From the human T2T-CHM13v2.0 reference genome, Homo sapiens: a stretch of DNA of 64,000 bases. Location: assembly GCF_009914755.1 (NCBI RefSeq), contig NC_060941.1; one strand, given 5' to 3'. The translations under genes and the position numbers were made by a program. The notes beneath the pieces were generated by a model. It saw only the letters and a program-made list of their open reading frames with translations. It had not been told where the DNA came from and made no database searches. How positions within the stretch are numbered: the stretch's first letter is position 1; the number at the start of each line of letters is the position of its first letter. Below, piece by piece: positions 32,904 to 46,993 of the stretch.

Positions 32904-33069
32904 CTGTCCTGGAGAAGCCTCTGGAAAAGAAGGCTGGCAGAAACTATGGCCCTCCAGGGAACAAGAAACTCATCTATTTCATTGATGACATGAACATGCC
33001 TGAGGTGGATGCCTACGGGACGGTGCAGCCCCACACCATCATCCGGCAGCATCTGGACTATGGCCACTG
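32904..33069 (+). CDS. DNAH9: DNAH9 coding exon G (166 nt), AAA3 Walker B: [55 protein letters not shown]
   Basis: ccccag|CT acceptor, CTG|gtaaga donor; phase 1 to 2; translated by hand, not in the ORF track. Confidence 0.95.
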
Positions 33070-33446
33070 GTAAGAGCGCCCATGTAGAGGGACTGGCCCA
33101 AGGGAGCAGAGCCTAAGGCAGGGCTGAAGGCCAGTCTCTATTCTGCCTGAACGGCAAACCTCAGCATAGCTCTGGTGCCAGATGGGAATCTTTGTGGTAA
33201 ACCACATTTCTCATTCAATTCTCTATTTCCCAGAGTGGTTCCTTCAAACAGGAGCACTAATATTCACATGAAACATTTAGCCAGAGAAGACACTGAGCTC
33301 TCATCTAAGGAAAAAAAACCTACTTTTTGCTTCAAGACTCATCTCCGAAGTTGCCTTTTTCACATGCCCGAAGCAGAATTAACCACTTCCCCTGCACCAT
33401 GGCCCCACAGCACTGGGCATGTGCTTCAATGATAACACCTAACACA

Positions 33447-33906
<460 letters not shown>

Positions 33907-34511
33907 TCACTGATTTGAGACAACTTTGACTCACCTTTCTACCGCATACTGAATCTGCTGCTGAGAAAGAGTGAGAAGAGAGAATTCAGAGAGAAGAATG
34001 TTAGTTAAGATGGCAACTTGAGTTGCCTTCTCTTCCTTCCCAAAATCTTTATTGGATGCTTGAACTATGGAACTGTTTGCAATCTCCACACTGACATCTG
34101 AGCAGCTTAATTTCATGGACAATCATTAGAGTCAAGCTAACTAGTTTTACTTTAGATTCATGGTCACAAACCTTAAATGGGAAGTAGAAGCTTCCTGGAA
34201 ATTCTACCATATGGCCTTAGTATGTCCACTCTCAGAAATGTCTATTTCATTCCATCTTCCCTCTCTTTGATCTTCCCACCACACCTCAGCTGATGACCTT
34301 GCCTTCTCAGAGAACACAGATGCCGCCTCCATTTCTTGCTTCCACATCTATACAACTCACCCGTGTCCCCATGCATCTCTCCTCCACCCTCCTGTTACAT
34401 CTTACCTAAGGCCAAACCTTCCACCAGCCTCTTCATTCTACCGTCTCCCACTCATCGATCGGTCCCCATCTCCTCATTAGCTGCTTCACATCATTTAAAC
34501 TTGCATAAACA

Positions 34512-34812
34512 GGCTGGGTGCAGTGGCTTATGCCTGTAATCCCAGCACTTTGGGAGGCCAAGGTGGGCGAATCACTTGAGCCCAGGAGTTTGAGATCAGC
34601 CTGGCCAACATGGTGAAACCCTGTCTCTACTAAAAATATAAAAATTAGCTGGATGTGGGGGCCCATGCCTGTAGTCCCAGCTACTTAGGAGGCTGAGGCA
34701 GGAGAATGGCTTGAACCCAGAAGGTAGAGGTTGCAGTGAGCCGAGATCTGCCATTGCACTCCAGCCTGGGTGACCGAGCAAGACTCCGTCTCAAAAAAAG
34801 AATAAATTAAAA
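34512..34812 (+). mobile_element. AluS within L2 remnant
   Basis: TSD taaacttgcataaa. Confidence 0.9.
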
Positions 34813-34990
34813 ATAAACTTGCATAAATTTATTCTATTGGGTTAAAAAATTACTTTATAATTACTGTTCTGTCCCCACTCTCTTATCTCCCACTCACTCC
34901 TCAATCCACTATTATTTGATTTCTGTTCCCTCCACTGTTCTTACTAAACTACTATCTGCATCATTATTACAAAATCCAAGAAATCCTTTG

Positions 34991-35192
34991 CAAGCTTGTC
35001 CAGCTGCCTTATTTTGTTGTTGTTGTTGTTCTGGTTTGTTTTGTTTTAGGCTTTTAGCAGCCTGAAACCATGGTTTTTAGTTTCTGTCTCTAGTGATAAG
35101 TGGAAAAGAGGGATGAGGAAGGGGCATTACTGGCCCAACCAGAGATGGAAGCTAAGAACCCATGACTGCATTCTCTCCCTTAGACACCCCTG
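34991..35192 (-). mobile_element. Short non-autonomous hAT transposon (MER107/MER30-family-like)
   Basis: Ends caagcttgtcca...tagacacccctg are imperfect TIRs of the MER30 type; no 8-bp TSD visible. Confidence 0.6.
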
Positions 35193-35542
35193 CTGAAGTC
35201 ACTACCTTTGTTATTCTCTCTGCAGCCCTTGATGTGGTTGACCACTCTCTTCTTTTGAGAACACTGGCTTCCTTTGCCTTTTGGTATGGCACGAACCCCT
35301 GATTTTTCTCCTATCTTTTTGTCCATCCTGCTGGCTCGTCTTCCTATGCTATTTCCTTAGATATGGAGGTACCTTGGGAATCTGTCTTATGCTCTTATCT
35401 CTTCTCAATCCCTGCCGGTGGATCTAGACTTTTTTATCACCCAAACACATGAACAGTAGGGCACATCCTACCGCACCTTGACAAAGCACTCACCTGCCTC
35501 AGTCCTCAGACACCTTTCACCTAGAGCTTCTGACTGTTCCAG

Positions 35543-35645
35543 GTATGATCGGAGCAAGCTGTCCCTAAAGGAGATCACAAATGTACAGTATGTTTCCTGT
35601 ATGAACCCCACGGCAGGCAGCTTCACCATCAACCCCCGGCTTCAG
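35543..35645 (+). CDS. DNAH9: DNAH9 coding exon H (103 nt) [35 protein letters not shown]
   Basis: ttccag|G acceptor, CAG|gtacag donor; phase 2 to 0; sensor I MNP. Confidence 0.95.
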
Positions 35646-36196
35646 GTACAGGAGGAGCCATGGGACCTGGGTCCTAATCCTATCTTACTAGAGCTGATGC
35701 CCCTTGATTATAAGTATAATAATTGGCCTTTTTCCCCATGCAGCCTCTCAGAATGGTAAATCAGATAGAATGGCAAATTGCATCTCTAGGGGAAAAGAGA
35801 AACTCCTAGACTTAGAGTCTCAAGATTGGAAGGGGTCATAGATTTCATCTGATTTGATCCCTCTTTCTTCAGATGAGGGCGCTTCAGAGAGATGAATGAC
35901 TTTCCCAGGGCCATATGGATTCTCAGTATCAAATTCAGATTTGGACTCAGATTCTCTGAGTCCAAGTTTAGTTCTCTTCCTACTGCCCCAGGCTGCCATC
36001 TTTAACTGAAGGTGCTTTGCCTGTTATTCCCCTAGTCATTTTAGGTTCAACCTAAATTTGGGCATAGTGTGAGAGATGGGACCAAAATATAGATTCGAAG
36101 GCTGTATAAGAATTTTCTGTTATCTCCAAATTCAGAAGCGGTGATTTCTACTCCGTGGTAACGGATGTTGAGCTCATGCCTTTGTTTCCTGTACAG

Positions 36197-36436
36197 CGTC
36201 ACTTCAGCGTGTTTGTCCTCTCCTTCCCGGGGGCAGATGCCCTGTCCTCTATCTACAGCATCATCCTCACTCAGCATCTGAAGCTCGGAAACTTCCCGGC
36301 ATCCCTGCAGAAATCCATCCCCCCACTGATCGATCTGGCCCTCGCCTTCCACCAGAAAATTGCTACCACCTTCCTACCCACAGGAATCAAATTCCACTAC
36401 ATCTTCAACCTCAGAGATTTTGCCAACATTTTCCAG
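36197..36436 (+). CDS. DNAH9: DNAH9 coding exon I (240 nt) RHFSVFVLSFP...FHYIFNLRDFANIFQ
   Basis: gtacag|CGT acceptor, CAG|gtgagt donor; phase 0 to 0; conserved HYIFNLRD. Confidence 0.96.
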
Positions 36437-38941
36437 GTGAGTTCATCGGCTCCGAGACACCCTAGGGGCTTAGTGATTATCCAGATGCTCCGATTCTTCA
36501 TAAAAATAAGTAGCTAATGCCCAGCTCATAGGCACAGGCAAAGCCACTGTTCATATGTAATCATGAACATAAGCAGGTACACACAGTGCCATGGGCTCCA
36601 TGAGGAAGGCCCTCAATAAAATAGAGTTTCCTTTGCCAATTAAATTATTTCTCGGTAAGCAGCATGCATCTCTGAGTTGGTTCCCTGGGGGCTGCAGAAG
36701 GCTCAACACCTTGGAGATAGTCTTATATAATGAGTCCAGTATGCCTGGGAAGAAAAATGGCCCAAAAGAAAGAAAGAAAACTATTTTGGATCTCCCATTG
36801 GTACACCTATTGATCTCGGGATGAAAAAGAGTGTTCCCCAAACTGTGCAAGATAGCTCTGCTTCCTCAAAAAACCACATTGTCATACTCCTAAGATGCCA
36901 TCTGCCAGCCTCTAAGAGGGTCTCAGTCCTAAAATTCCCAGGTTCATTTCTAGACTAAAGCTGTTTCAGATCTTTCCAACTGCTTATCTGAATAGTGATG
37001 GCGTATCTCTGCCTATTGCTTCCAATTGCTTGGCTCATCACCATCAAAGTCTCCAGAGGGCCATCTAGCAAACCCAGACCCTTTCTTCCGTCTGGTCAGA
37101 TGTAGTATCCTCATGTAGCCAAGTCTACAACTCTCCCATTCTGGACAAGAATCTGCAGAAACTCATTTGTAGAGAGACCTTCCCCCAAGATAATACTGGG
37201 TTATTATTGAGGGAATGATGCCTTTCACACCAAGCAGAGGCCACACCCATAAAAAAGTGTCGAAGTGATCAGGCAGTGACACCACCTTCCAATGACAGCA
37301 CATGTAATTGTAATTAATTTCTCAGAGCAATTATGCAGGCAGGACTTTGAGCCAAACCATCAAAGCTCCAGACCCTGACGACATAAGGCCAGGTTGTTCC
37401 AGCCAGAACTCCTGATTGTAAGAAGCAGAAACCTACTAAACCCTGGTTCAGAGACTCAAGAGCTATGGACCAGGAAAGCTCCACCTGAAGGTGGAATCAA
37501 TGAGCCCCTCAGAATGATAAGTCTCTGAGAACACATCCAGGCTAGTTCAGGATACCACTCCTGAATCAGATGTAGCTCCCAAACATTAGCTCATTTTAAA
37601 AATTAAAAACAAACAGAGACCCACATAGATCATATATATTTGCCCAGGAGCACAAGGAAGCCAGTAAAGGAACTGGAATCTAGGTCTTTGGGTTCCTGGC
37701 CTGGACGACTTTCCACCACACCTTTCTGTCCTCATCTGAATTTCCAATGAGGAAAATAAGCATGTGATGGTTAAGGCAGCAAGAGAGACTCAGCTCTGAG
37801 CCTATAAAGCCTGCATCTCTGCAGGCCTCAGGACTGGACAGCAGCAAAGTTTGTGCTTACTCACAACTAGCTCCCATTTTATGAGCATTCATTGAGAAAG
37901 ACTTTTTCACCACACAATCTTTCTCTTAAATATTACTGCAGCTCTATGAAGTGGGGGTGTTACTAGGTGGATTTTTCAAATGAAAAAAAAAAAGAAGTTA
38001 ACATTGTTTGATCAAATCTACACTGCTCCTAAGTGACAGAACTGAAGGGAGAAGCATCAATTATGCTCCATTTATCAGAAGCAACCCAACCTTAGCTTCT
38101 GCCTGGAACAGTGGTCTTGTCCCCTGTACAACCTGAAATGTAATACTCACGACAACCCTTTGGGATAGACATTGTTATCCCAATTTAACAGAGGCTCAGA
38201 GAAGTTACTAGCTAGTCAATGACAGCGCCAATGGTCAGGGAGGTTAAAAAAAAAATTCTCGTGGAATAGCAAGGAGTTTAGCCCAGTGGGAACGACGAGT
38301 GATATGGAAAGGAGAGATGAGGTTGGAAAGGTAACTTGAGACCAGAGTGGGCCCTACTTAACAGTTAGACTTTAGTCTGTAATAATAGCCAACATTGACT
38401 GAGCACAGTGCTAAGCCCTTTACATCTATGAATGCACTTAATCCTCACAACAACCCTAGAAGGTAAAATACTGATTATTTTCAATTTAGAGATGACAAAA
38501 CCGAGCCACAGACAAATCAGTCTCTTGAGCGTGACTGCATGATCGCATAATGGTAAGCAGCAGCATTGATAGAACAGCTAGAATGTTCAGCACTGCTGTG
38601 GAGGTAATTCAGGGTGACAAAAGGCTTCCGGAGGAAAGAGTACACCTTGTGGTAGTGGTCACTGATGCAATATCAAGGAGGAACCAGACAGCAGAGACAT
38701 GGGAGTGGAGATTGTTCCCCTGGCCTGTTTCTCTGCCTGATTCAGTTAGCCTGAGTGGAAACCCCCTGAGGTCTGCATCCCAGCCAGGCGTCTTTGCAGC
38801 CTGCCAGCTGTCAGCTGCTCCAAGTGTGGAGAACGCAACATCCCTGGAGTGCTGCCTCCCTTCTGCTACGTGGTCCCCTCACTCTCCTACTCTAAGGAGA
38901 GTTTCAGGCTCATAGCTTGACCACAGTCTCCTCCTACCTGC

Positions 38942-39349
38942 TGTGAAAAGAAAAACCTTAGCTAAATTAAGTTTAACAGTGTTTAACTGATCAAAGAACA
39001 ATTCACGAATCCGAATTGGGTAGCCCACCGGGCCAGAGTAGGCTCAGACAGACTCCAGCAAAGCCACGTGGTGGAAGAAGATTTCTGGACAGAAAAGTGA
39101 AAGTGATGTACAGAAAACAGAAGTGAGACACAGAAACAGCTGGATTGGTTACAGCTTGGTGTTTGCCTTATTTAAACACAGTTTTAACAGCTGGCCACCT
39201 GCAATTGGGCAAAACTCAGTGATTGGCACAAGAGTAGTTACAGTCAATTTACACCTCCTTTTAAGTCATAGTTCACAATGTACAGAGCAACTTTTAGGCC
39301 ATACTTAAAGCACATCAGGAGGCAGCTTTAGGCTAAACTTGATTTAACA
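38942..39349 (-). mobile_element. MER57-type ERV1 solo LTR
   Basis: Minus strand starts tgttaaatcaagtttagcctaaagctgcctcc; TG...CA ends; ctgc/ctcc flanks. Confidence 0.8.
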
Positions 39350-39544
39350 CTCCCTTCCTCCTTGAGTCTGACCAAAGGCCTGATTGAAGGGTATAGAGGG
39401 TGGTTTAATGTCTACTAGGAGACAGGCACTGCCCAGAGAACACTGTTGTTTTCCTTTATCTGGCTTGATCCCAGGCTCAGTAATTCAGAACTTCTCTGTA
39501 CTCCCCTCGCTCTGTTCAGATCAGAACAGAATTTGATAGTGCTC

Positions 39545-39897
39545 TCATATGGTTTGGCTCTGGGTCCCCACCCAAATCTCATCTTGAATTGTACTCCCAT
39601 AATTCCCACATGTTGTGGGAGGGACCAGTGAGAGATAATTGGAACCATGGGGGCAGTTTTTCCCATACTGTTCTTGTGGTAGTGAGTAAGTCTCACGAGA
39701 TCTGATGATTTTATCAGGGGTTTCCGCTTTTGCATCTTTCTCATTTTCTCTTGCCACCACCATGTAAGAAGTGCCTTTTGCCTCCCACCGTGGTTCTGAG
39801 GCCTCCCCAGTCATGTGGAACTGTAAGTCCAATGAAACCCCTTTTCCTCCCAGTCTCAGGTATGTCTTTATCAGCAGCATGAAAACGGACCAGTACA
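39545..39897 (+). mobile_element. THE1A-like solo LTR, sense to DNAH9
   Basis: Full-length about 350 bp; 5-bp TSD TGCTC (39540-39544, 39898-39902). Confidence 0.9.
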
Positions 39898-40219
39898 TGC
39901 TCTGAGTAGCAGAAATCACTAACCATTCCCATCTCAGTGCAACACATAACTATCTAAGATGGTGCAGAGTTGGCATATGACATGCTCACATTTACTCAGC
40001 CTTAATTGTCAACCACCCTGACTATTTGGCTATAACAAGATTTATAAACTTCAACTGATAGCTTGCCTCACTGTAAAACACAAAATTCTAAAGGTCTGGA
40101 CTCCTGGTTGTTGCTTTTTCTTGTCCTCTGCATTTCATATATGGCAGGTACCTAGGAGAGCTAAGAAGGAGACAGAGGCTGCAATAAACATCTGGGTAGA
40201 GCCAAGGAGACCTAAGGGA

Positions 40220-43190
40220 ATTTCTTTTTGCTTTTAATAAACTTTTATCAAAGTGTAACATACAAGTAGAAATACACAAAAGCCACAAGCATACAACTTG
40301 GTTAATTATCACAAAGGGATCTCACCTATGTAATCACCACTCAGATCAAGAAAGAAAACATTCTCAATATATCCCTGATGTTCTCCTTTGCACCTTCCAT
40401 TCATGCTTTCCTGCTTTCCTCCTCTTGTCAGCCCTACATATTGTCTAAACTTCTAACATCATAAATTATTTTGACCTATTTTTGAACTTTATATAAATAG
40501 TATAGCCAATATCACTTTGTATCTTTGTTCAGTATTATATGTGTATCTCTATTTTTAATAATTGTTACTTTTTGACTTAAAGAGTAACAGTTATGTTTCT
40601 TTCTTTTCAATCCTTAAATTTTTTTAGTTCTTTTTCTTGTCTTATTGTGCTGGCTACAACTCAAGTACAATGTTGGAGAGAAGCAATGAGAGTAGCATTT
40701 TGACACAGTCGTGATTTTACAGGGAAACACTTTTAATAGTTTGCCATTAAATATGATATTCTCTACTGGTTTTTCTGGGTACCTTTTACCTGATTAAGGA
40801 AATATTTTTCTGTGTATAGTTTGCTAAGAGTTTTAATTATGAATATGTGTTGAAACTTAACAAATGATTTTTCTGCCATCTGTTTAATTATATAAATTTT
40901 TTCTCTTCTATTCTGGTAATATGATAAATTAATTGATTATTTTCAAACATTAAATCAACCATTCCTGGAATCAACTCATTTTGGTTGTTACATGCTCTTT
41001 TTTAAATATTTTCCTAGGTTTCATTTGATAATTTTTAATATAATTTTTGAATCTGTATTCATAAGATTGTCTTGTAATCTTTCTCTAATATTCTAAGGTT
41101 ATGAAGTCCTCATAAAATACTTTGAGAAGTGTTTCCTCTTTTTCTGTTCTCTAAAAGATTTAGTAAAACATTGTATTGTGCTTTCCTTAAATGTTGGAAG
41201 AATTTACTGGTGAAACCACCTGGAGGTTTGTTTGGTAGAGGTTTTAAATTATAAATTCAAATTCTTTAATATGTATAAGACTATTCAGATTGTCTATTTC
41301 TTCATGTGTCAGTCATGTTAAGACATCCTTGTTATCAATAGTTGCTAATTTATTGGCATAAAATTGTAATATTCTCAGATTATCTTTTAAATATCTGCTG
41401 TATCTGACATTATGTCCTCTTCCTTATGTTGGGTATTAAGTGTGTCTTTTCTCTTTTTTTCTCTTCTATCATCCTTGCTAGGGAGTTAGCAATTGTGCTA
41501 GTCAAAAAACCTGAAGGGTATACCTGCATTATGCATTTGACTTTCTTACTGTCTTAATTTGATATCTGTTTTATATATTATTAATATTTTCTCTTTGCTT
41601 TATAATTTTTATTCCTACTTACCTTGGGTTTGGGGTTAGTTTGTTCTATTTCTAACTTCTTGGCATGGCTACTTATATCATTAATTGTCATCCTTTGTCT
41701 CATCTAAAACATTCATTATAAGACTATATAAATTTATCTCTAATCACACCATTAGCTACATCATGCAAGCTTTTATATGCTGTATTTTTATTATCATTCA
41801 GTTGATAATATTTAATTTCCACTATGATTTCTTCTTTGACTCACGGAATATTTAGAAGTGTATTGCTTTATTTTCAAACATTTAGAGATTATCTAGTTAT
41901 CTTTCTCTTATTGATGCCTACTTTAATTCCACTGTTGTCAGAAGACACTCTATATGGATTTATTCCTTTGAAATTTGTTGAGACTGCTCTATGTCCCAAG
42001 ATATAATCGATGTGCAGGTTTTTTTTTAATGCATTCTGCAGATATTGGGTATAGTTTTATCAACATTCCAGTTAAAGCAACCTTGTAAATCATGTTGTTT
42101 AAAAAATTCCTAAAATTTCTAGATTTATTTGTCTGCTTGTTCCTTCAGTCCCTGAGAGAGATGTTACGATATTTCACTGTGATGGTGGGTACGTTTATTT
42201 TTGCTTTTATTTGTCATATTCACTTTATATATTTTGAAACTGTGTTATTTATTAGGTACATACAGATTTAGAATTAGTATATCTTCCTAGCAGACTGATC
42301 TTTTTCTTATTAAGTGCACTTCTTTATCTCTAAAAACGATGTTTGCTTTAAAGTCAATTTTGTATGACATTAGTATGTATGACTATTCCATATCTTTAGT
42401 CAATATTTTTATGACATGTTTTCATTTTCTTGCACTCAGCTTTTCCATATTCTTATATTTAAGGTATATCTCCCATAAGCAGCATACGGTTGGGTTCTTT
42501 AAAGTCCCACCTGACAACATTGCCTTTTAATTACAATGTTTAGCTCATCTATGTTATTTTATATAATAATATATTTATGATTAAATCTACTTATGCTCTT
42601 TTTAATATATTCTATCTATTCTACCTCCTTTCTTCTCACTTCTTGTATTCTATCAAACTAATCGTATGTTTTTATAATTGTTCTCCCTCTTTTAGCATAG
42701 TATACATCCTTTTGCTATTCATCTAATGGTTACCAAAAGCATCATTTTATCTTTTTGTCTTTTATAAATTAGCATATTTATTAATTGCCATACAATGCAA
42801 GGATCTTGGGACAATTTACCTCTCACTGATTTTTGTGCTATCATTTATTTTAATTCTCTGTATTTTGAAAACTCACTGATATCTGTGTTTTAGTAAGTCA
42901 GCATTCCTTTAGAGTTACCCATATGTTACCTTTTCCATTGCTCTTTATTCCTGTACATTCCTGTTCTTTCACCTGGGATCATTTTTATTCTGCTTGAAGA
43001 ACTCCTTTTAGTATTTACTTTAGTTCATATCTGTTGGAGAAGTATCTCACAATTTTAACTTGACCAAAAATATATTTCTTATTTTTAAAAAATTTTAGGA
43101 GTGTCTTGGATTTCTAGGTTGGTTGCTATTTTCTTTCAGCACTTTGAAGGCTTCTTTTATTGTTTCTGTTGAGAAATTACCTTTAGACTT
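40220..43190 (-). mobile_element. Long decayed L1M(E) element
   Basis: T-rich antisense L1 3'UTR then ORF2-like motifs (ttggaagaatttactggtgaaaccacctgg; ctattcagattgtctatttcttc). Confidence 0.75.
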
Positions 43191-43325
43191 ATCACTTACT
43201 AAGTACTAATAATACAATTATAAAAATAAACCACAACCTAAATAAAGTCTGTCAACTTCCTACCTTTGAGACACTTGCCATCACCTGGAAGAAGCAAACC
43301 TGTATAAAGAAAAAATAATAATTTG

Positions 43326-43615
43326 ACAACGGGTGAGGTGGCTCTTGCCTGTAATCCAGCACTTTAGGAGACCAAGGTGGGCAGATCACTTGAAGCCAGG
43401 AGTTCAAGACCAGCCTGGCCAATATGGCGAAACCTGGTCTCTACTGAAAATACAAAAATTAGTTGGGTGTGGTGGTGCGTGCCTATAATTCCAACTGTTC
43501 AGGAGGCTGAGGCACGAGAATTGCTTGAACCCGGGAGGTGGAGGCTGCCGCGAGCCGAGATTGCACCACTGCACTCCAGTCTGGGTGACAAAAAGTGAGA
43601 CTCTGTCACAAAAAT
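43326..43615 (+). mobile_element. AluS
   Basis: Alu consensus. Confidence 0.88.
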
Positions 43616-43896
43616 AATATTAAAAATAATTTGGGAAACTAATAATTCTTCTATAATCGAGACGTATACATAAAGGCTCTGTGAGGCACATGGGAGGGAA
43701 TGCCGCTGGACAGGAGAGGTGTCTTGGGCGACTTCAACAAGAGGTTTCAATTGAGCTAGATCTTGAAATATGAGTATGGCAAGCAAAGCAAAAGGCATGA
43801 AGACACAGAAAAGTTTGCAGGATCAGAACATAATAGGAATTTTGTGAAACTGGAATCTAGGTTTTATGGGAAGTAGTGGTAAAAGTGATCATGAGG

Positions 43897-44266
<370 letters not shown>

Positions 44267-45399
44267 TTAAGTAAAGACCCATTAAATGATCCCTTTCCCT
44301 CTAAGACAAGAAAGCAAGCAATGAGAACAAGCACAGACATAGATGAGCTTGAACTTAGAGAATTTGTTGAGGTTATTGAGGGGCTCTAACATTGGTGGTC
44401 TCCACCTTTCAGTAAAATAAAAGAAGGTTAGGACTTTGGCTAATAGTAACAGAAAAAGATGACAGAGAAATTTGAAAAGAATGATAAATATTTGAAACCA
44501 ACCCTGTGGCACATAGGAAGGGGAACTGACTAGAGATAAATAAATAGATTGCTGACCTGCCAAGGTTAGCTATATCCCTTCTAGCCCTTTGTTATAGTTC
44601 TGATTTTACATAGTCAATTGTTATCTGAATCAGTTTTCAAAATGGCACTGTGGAATTGAAATATAGCAGAGAAACCACTTTTTCCCTCATTGTGGGTGAT
44701 TCAAAATGGAGTGGTTACAATTCCAGGCATTATAGTTAGGAAGGCAACTTACTCTATGAAATGGGGCGTGTTTTCTCTCTGAATTCCAATCTTCACATTA
44801 TACAAAATGGATTTAGTAATAATTATTTCATGGGATCATCATGAGTATTAAATGAGCTTCATCTGGCGAAGCATCTAGTCCAATGCTGGCTTCAATAGCA
44901 TCTAGTCCACATAACTGGCTTCAATAAATTATAGCTGTTGCAGTTGTTATTTTTATGATGAGCACAAAAGAATAATTCCAATGTATTGAGTATGTAAAAT
45001 GAACAATGCTTGTTTCCTTAGGCATATTAATTTGAATTATTTAGACAACTTTAGAAAGTCAGTATTTTTATTCCACTTTGAAAAGTGAGCAAACTAAGGC
45101 TCAGAGATGTCACATGCCTCGCCCAAAGTCACACAGTTGCTTAGTGGTTGCCCAAAGTCACAAGTCACATAGTGGTTGTGCAAGTATTTGAGGTCAGGTC
45201 TGTCTAACTGCAACCCTTGGGTCTTTCTTTACAAGCTCCCTTTCAGCTTCTCAGTGTTCCCTCCACTAGAATGATCTGTTTAGCAAGACAAGCCCTAGAC
45301 ATCATCCCAGGTTAGATAAAATGCTCCAGGAAGTTTTCCTAGCTATTGTACCTCTGGATGGTTATTAACGTTATTTTTTTGTGTCTGTTCCCCTTGAAG

Positions 45400-45561
45400 G
45401 GCATTCTCTTCTCCTCAGTGGAATGTGTGAAATCCACATGGGATCTTATAAGGCTCTATCTGCATGAATCAAATCGAGTTTATCGGGATAAGATGGTAGA
45501 AGAAAAGGACTTTGATCTTTTTGATAAAATCCAGACAGAAGTGCTCAAGAAAACTTTTGAT
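45400..45561 (+). CDS. DNAH9: DNAH9 coding exon J (162 nt) GILFSSVECVKSTWDLIRLYLHESNRVYRDKM...KKTFD
   Basis: cttgaag|GGC acceptor (AAG type), GAT|gtgagt donor; phase 0 to 0. Confidence 0.93.
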
Positions 45562-45930
45562 GTGAGTATTGCCCTATGGATTTTCTTTGTATTTGAAAAA
45601 AAAAAAGATAATTATACAGATGATCACCCAAATGATAAAATCTAGCTGTTTAATGGAGAAAGGCCAGAGTTTAGGTGAGGAAGGAAATTCTGTCATAATT
45701 TTGCCCAGGTAAAAAAATGCTGGGGCAAGAATAGATGCAAATTAATCCCAGAATCCCAGTGTTGAAGAAGTCCATAGAGATCATCTGATCCAAGTCCCCA
45801 CATGGTACTTAGTCCCCTAGCAGCATTTCTCAGATTGGTTACCCCAGTGATGCTCTAGCATCCTTGAAATGCATCATCCCATTGTTTCCAAGGCCGCCAT
45901 TTTGGGGCTGCTAATAACTGGAAATTTTGA

Positions 45931-46258
<328 letters not shown>

Positions 46259-46344
46259 TGAGCAATTTTGAAACTTGGAACATTTGAAATAATTTTAAAG
46301 ACTGAAAATTTGGTCTAATAATAATCTAGAAGTTATTTCTCTGT

Positions 46345-46620
46345 CCACTACCCAGGTCTACATGACAAACTCTCAAATATTTTAATGCCACTTATCTCAC
46401 TCTTCCTGAGTCTTCTCTTCTCCAGGCGAAATAGCCTGAATCCTTTTAACCATTTCTGACATGGATTGGTTTCAAACTTAAAGAACTCTGACATCCTCCT
46501 GATTGCTCTCTCACCAGTTCTCCCCTCTGAAATTGTGATGCCTGACTTTTCGTTGCACAACCCAGCTGGGGTCTGACCAAAACCAAGATCATCATTCCCC
46601 CTTTTCTTAAAGACTATAGT
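46345..46620 (-). mobile_element. L3/CR1 fragment
   Basis: Minus ORF 46348-46560 contains LFRLEKRRLR, like the CR1 ORF2 C-terminal LFSLEKRRLRGD. Confidence 0.75.
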
Positions 46621-46776
46621 TTTGTTTCTGTGTTTCCCAAAATGTGTCCTGCTAAGTAGTTTTGCTACAAGATACTTCTTGAAAAAGAGTCTCTGTCATG
46701 AAATGAGTTGAGAAAATGTTTCACTGTATATGACTCTCTTGGAAATTCACAGTGGATTTAAGGCATTAACGTTCTG

Positions 46777-46993
46777 CACTTGGACACAGGAAGGGGAACA
46801 TCACACACAGGGGCCTGTTGTGGGGTGGGGGGAGGGAGAAGGGATAGCATTAGGAGATATAACTAATGTAAATGATGAGTTAATAGGTGCAGCACACCAA
46901 CATGGCACATGTATACATATGTAACAAACCTGCATGTTGTGCACATGTACCCTAGAACTTAAAGTATAATAAAAAAAATACATATATATATAT
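46777..46993 (+). mobile_element. Severely 5'-truncated L1PA 3' end (about 215 bp)
   Basis: L1PA 3'UTR with G-rich tract and AATAAA; 17-bp TSD 46760-46776 / 46994-47010 (15/17). Confidence 0.92.

Noticed and set aside
34004-34026. RFX half-sites GGCAAC...GTTGCC
   Set aside because: Wrong arrangement for a full X-box; half-sites are common by chance
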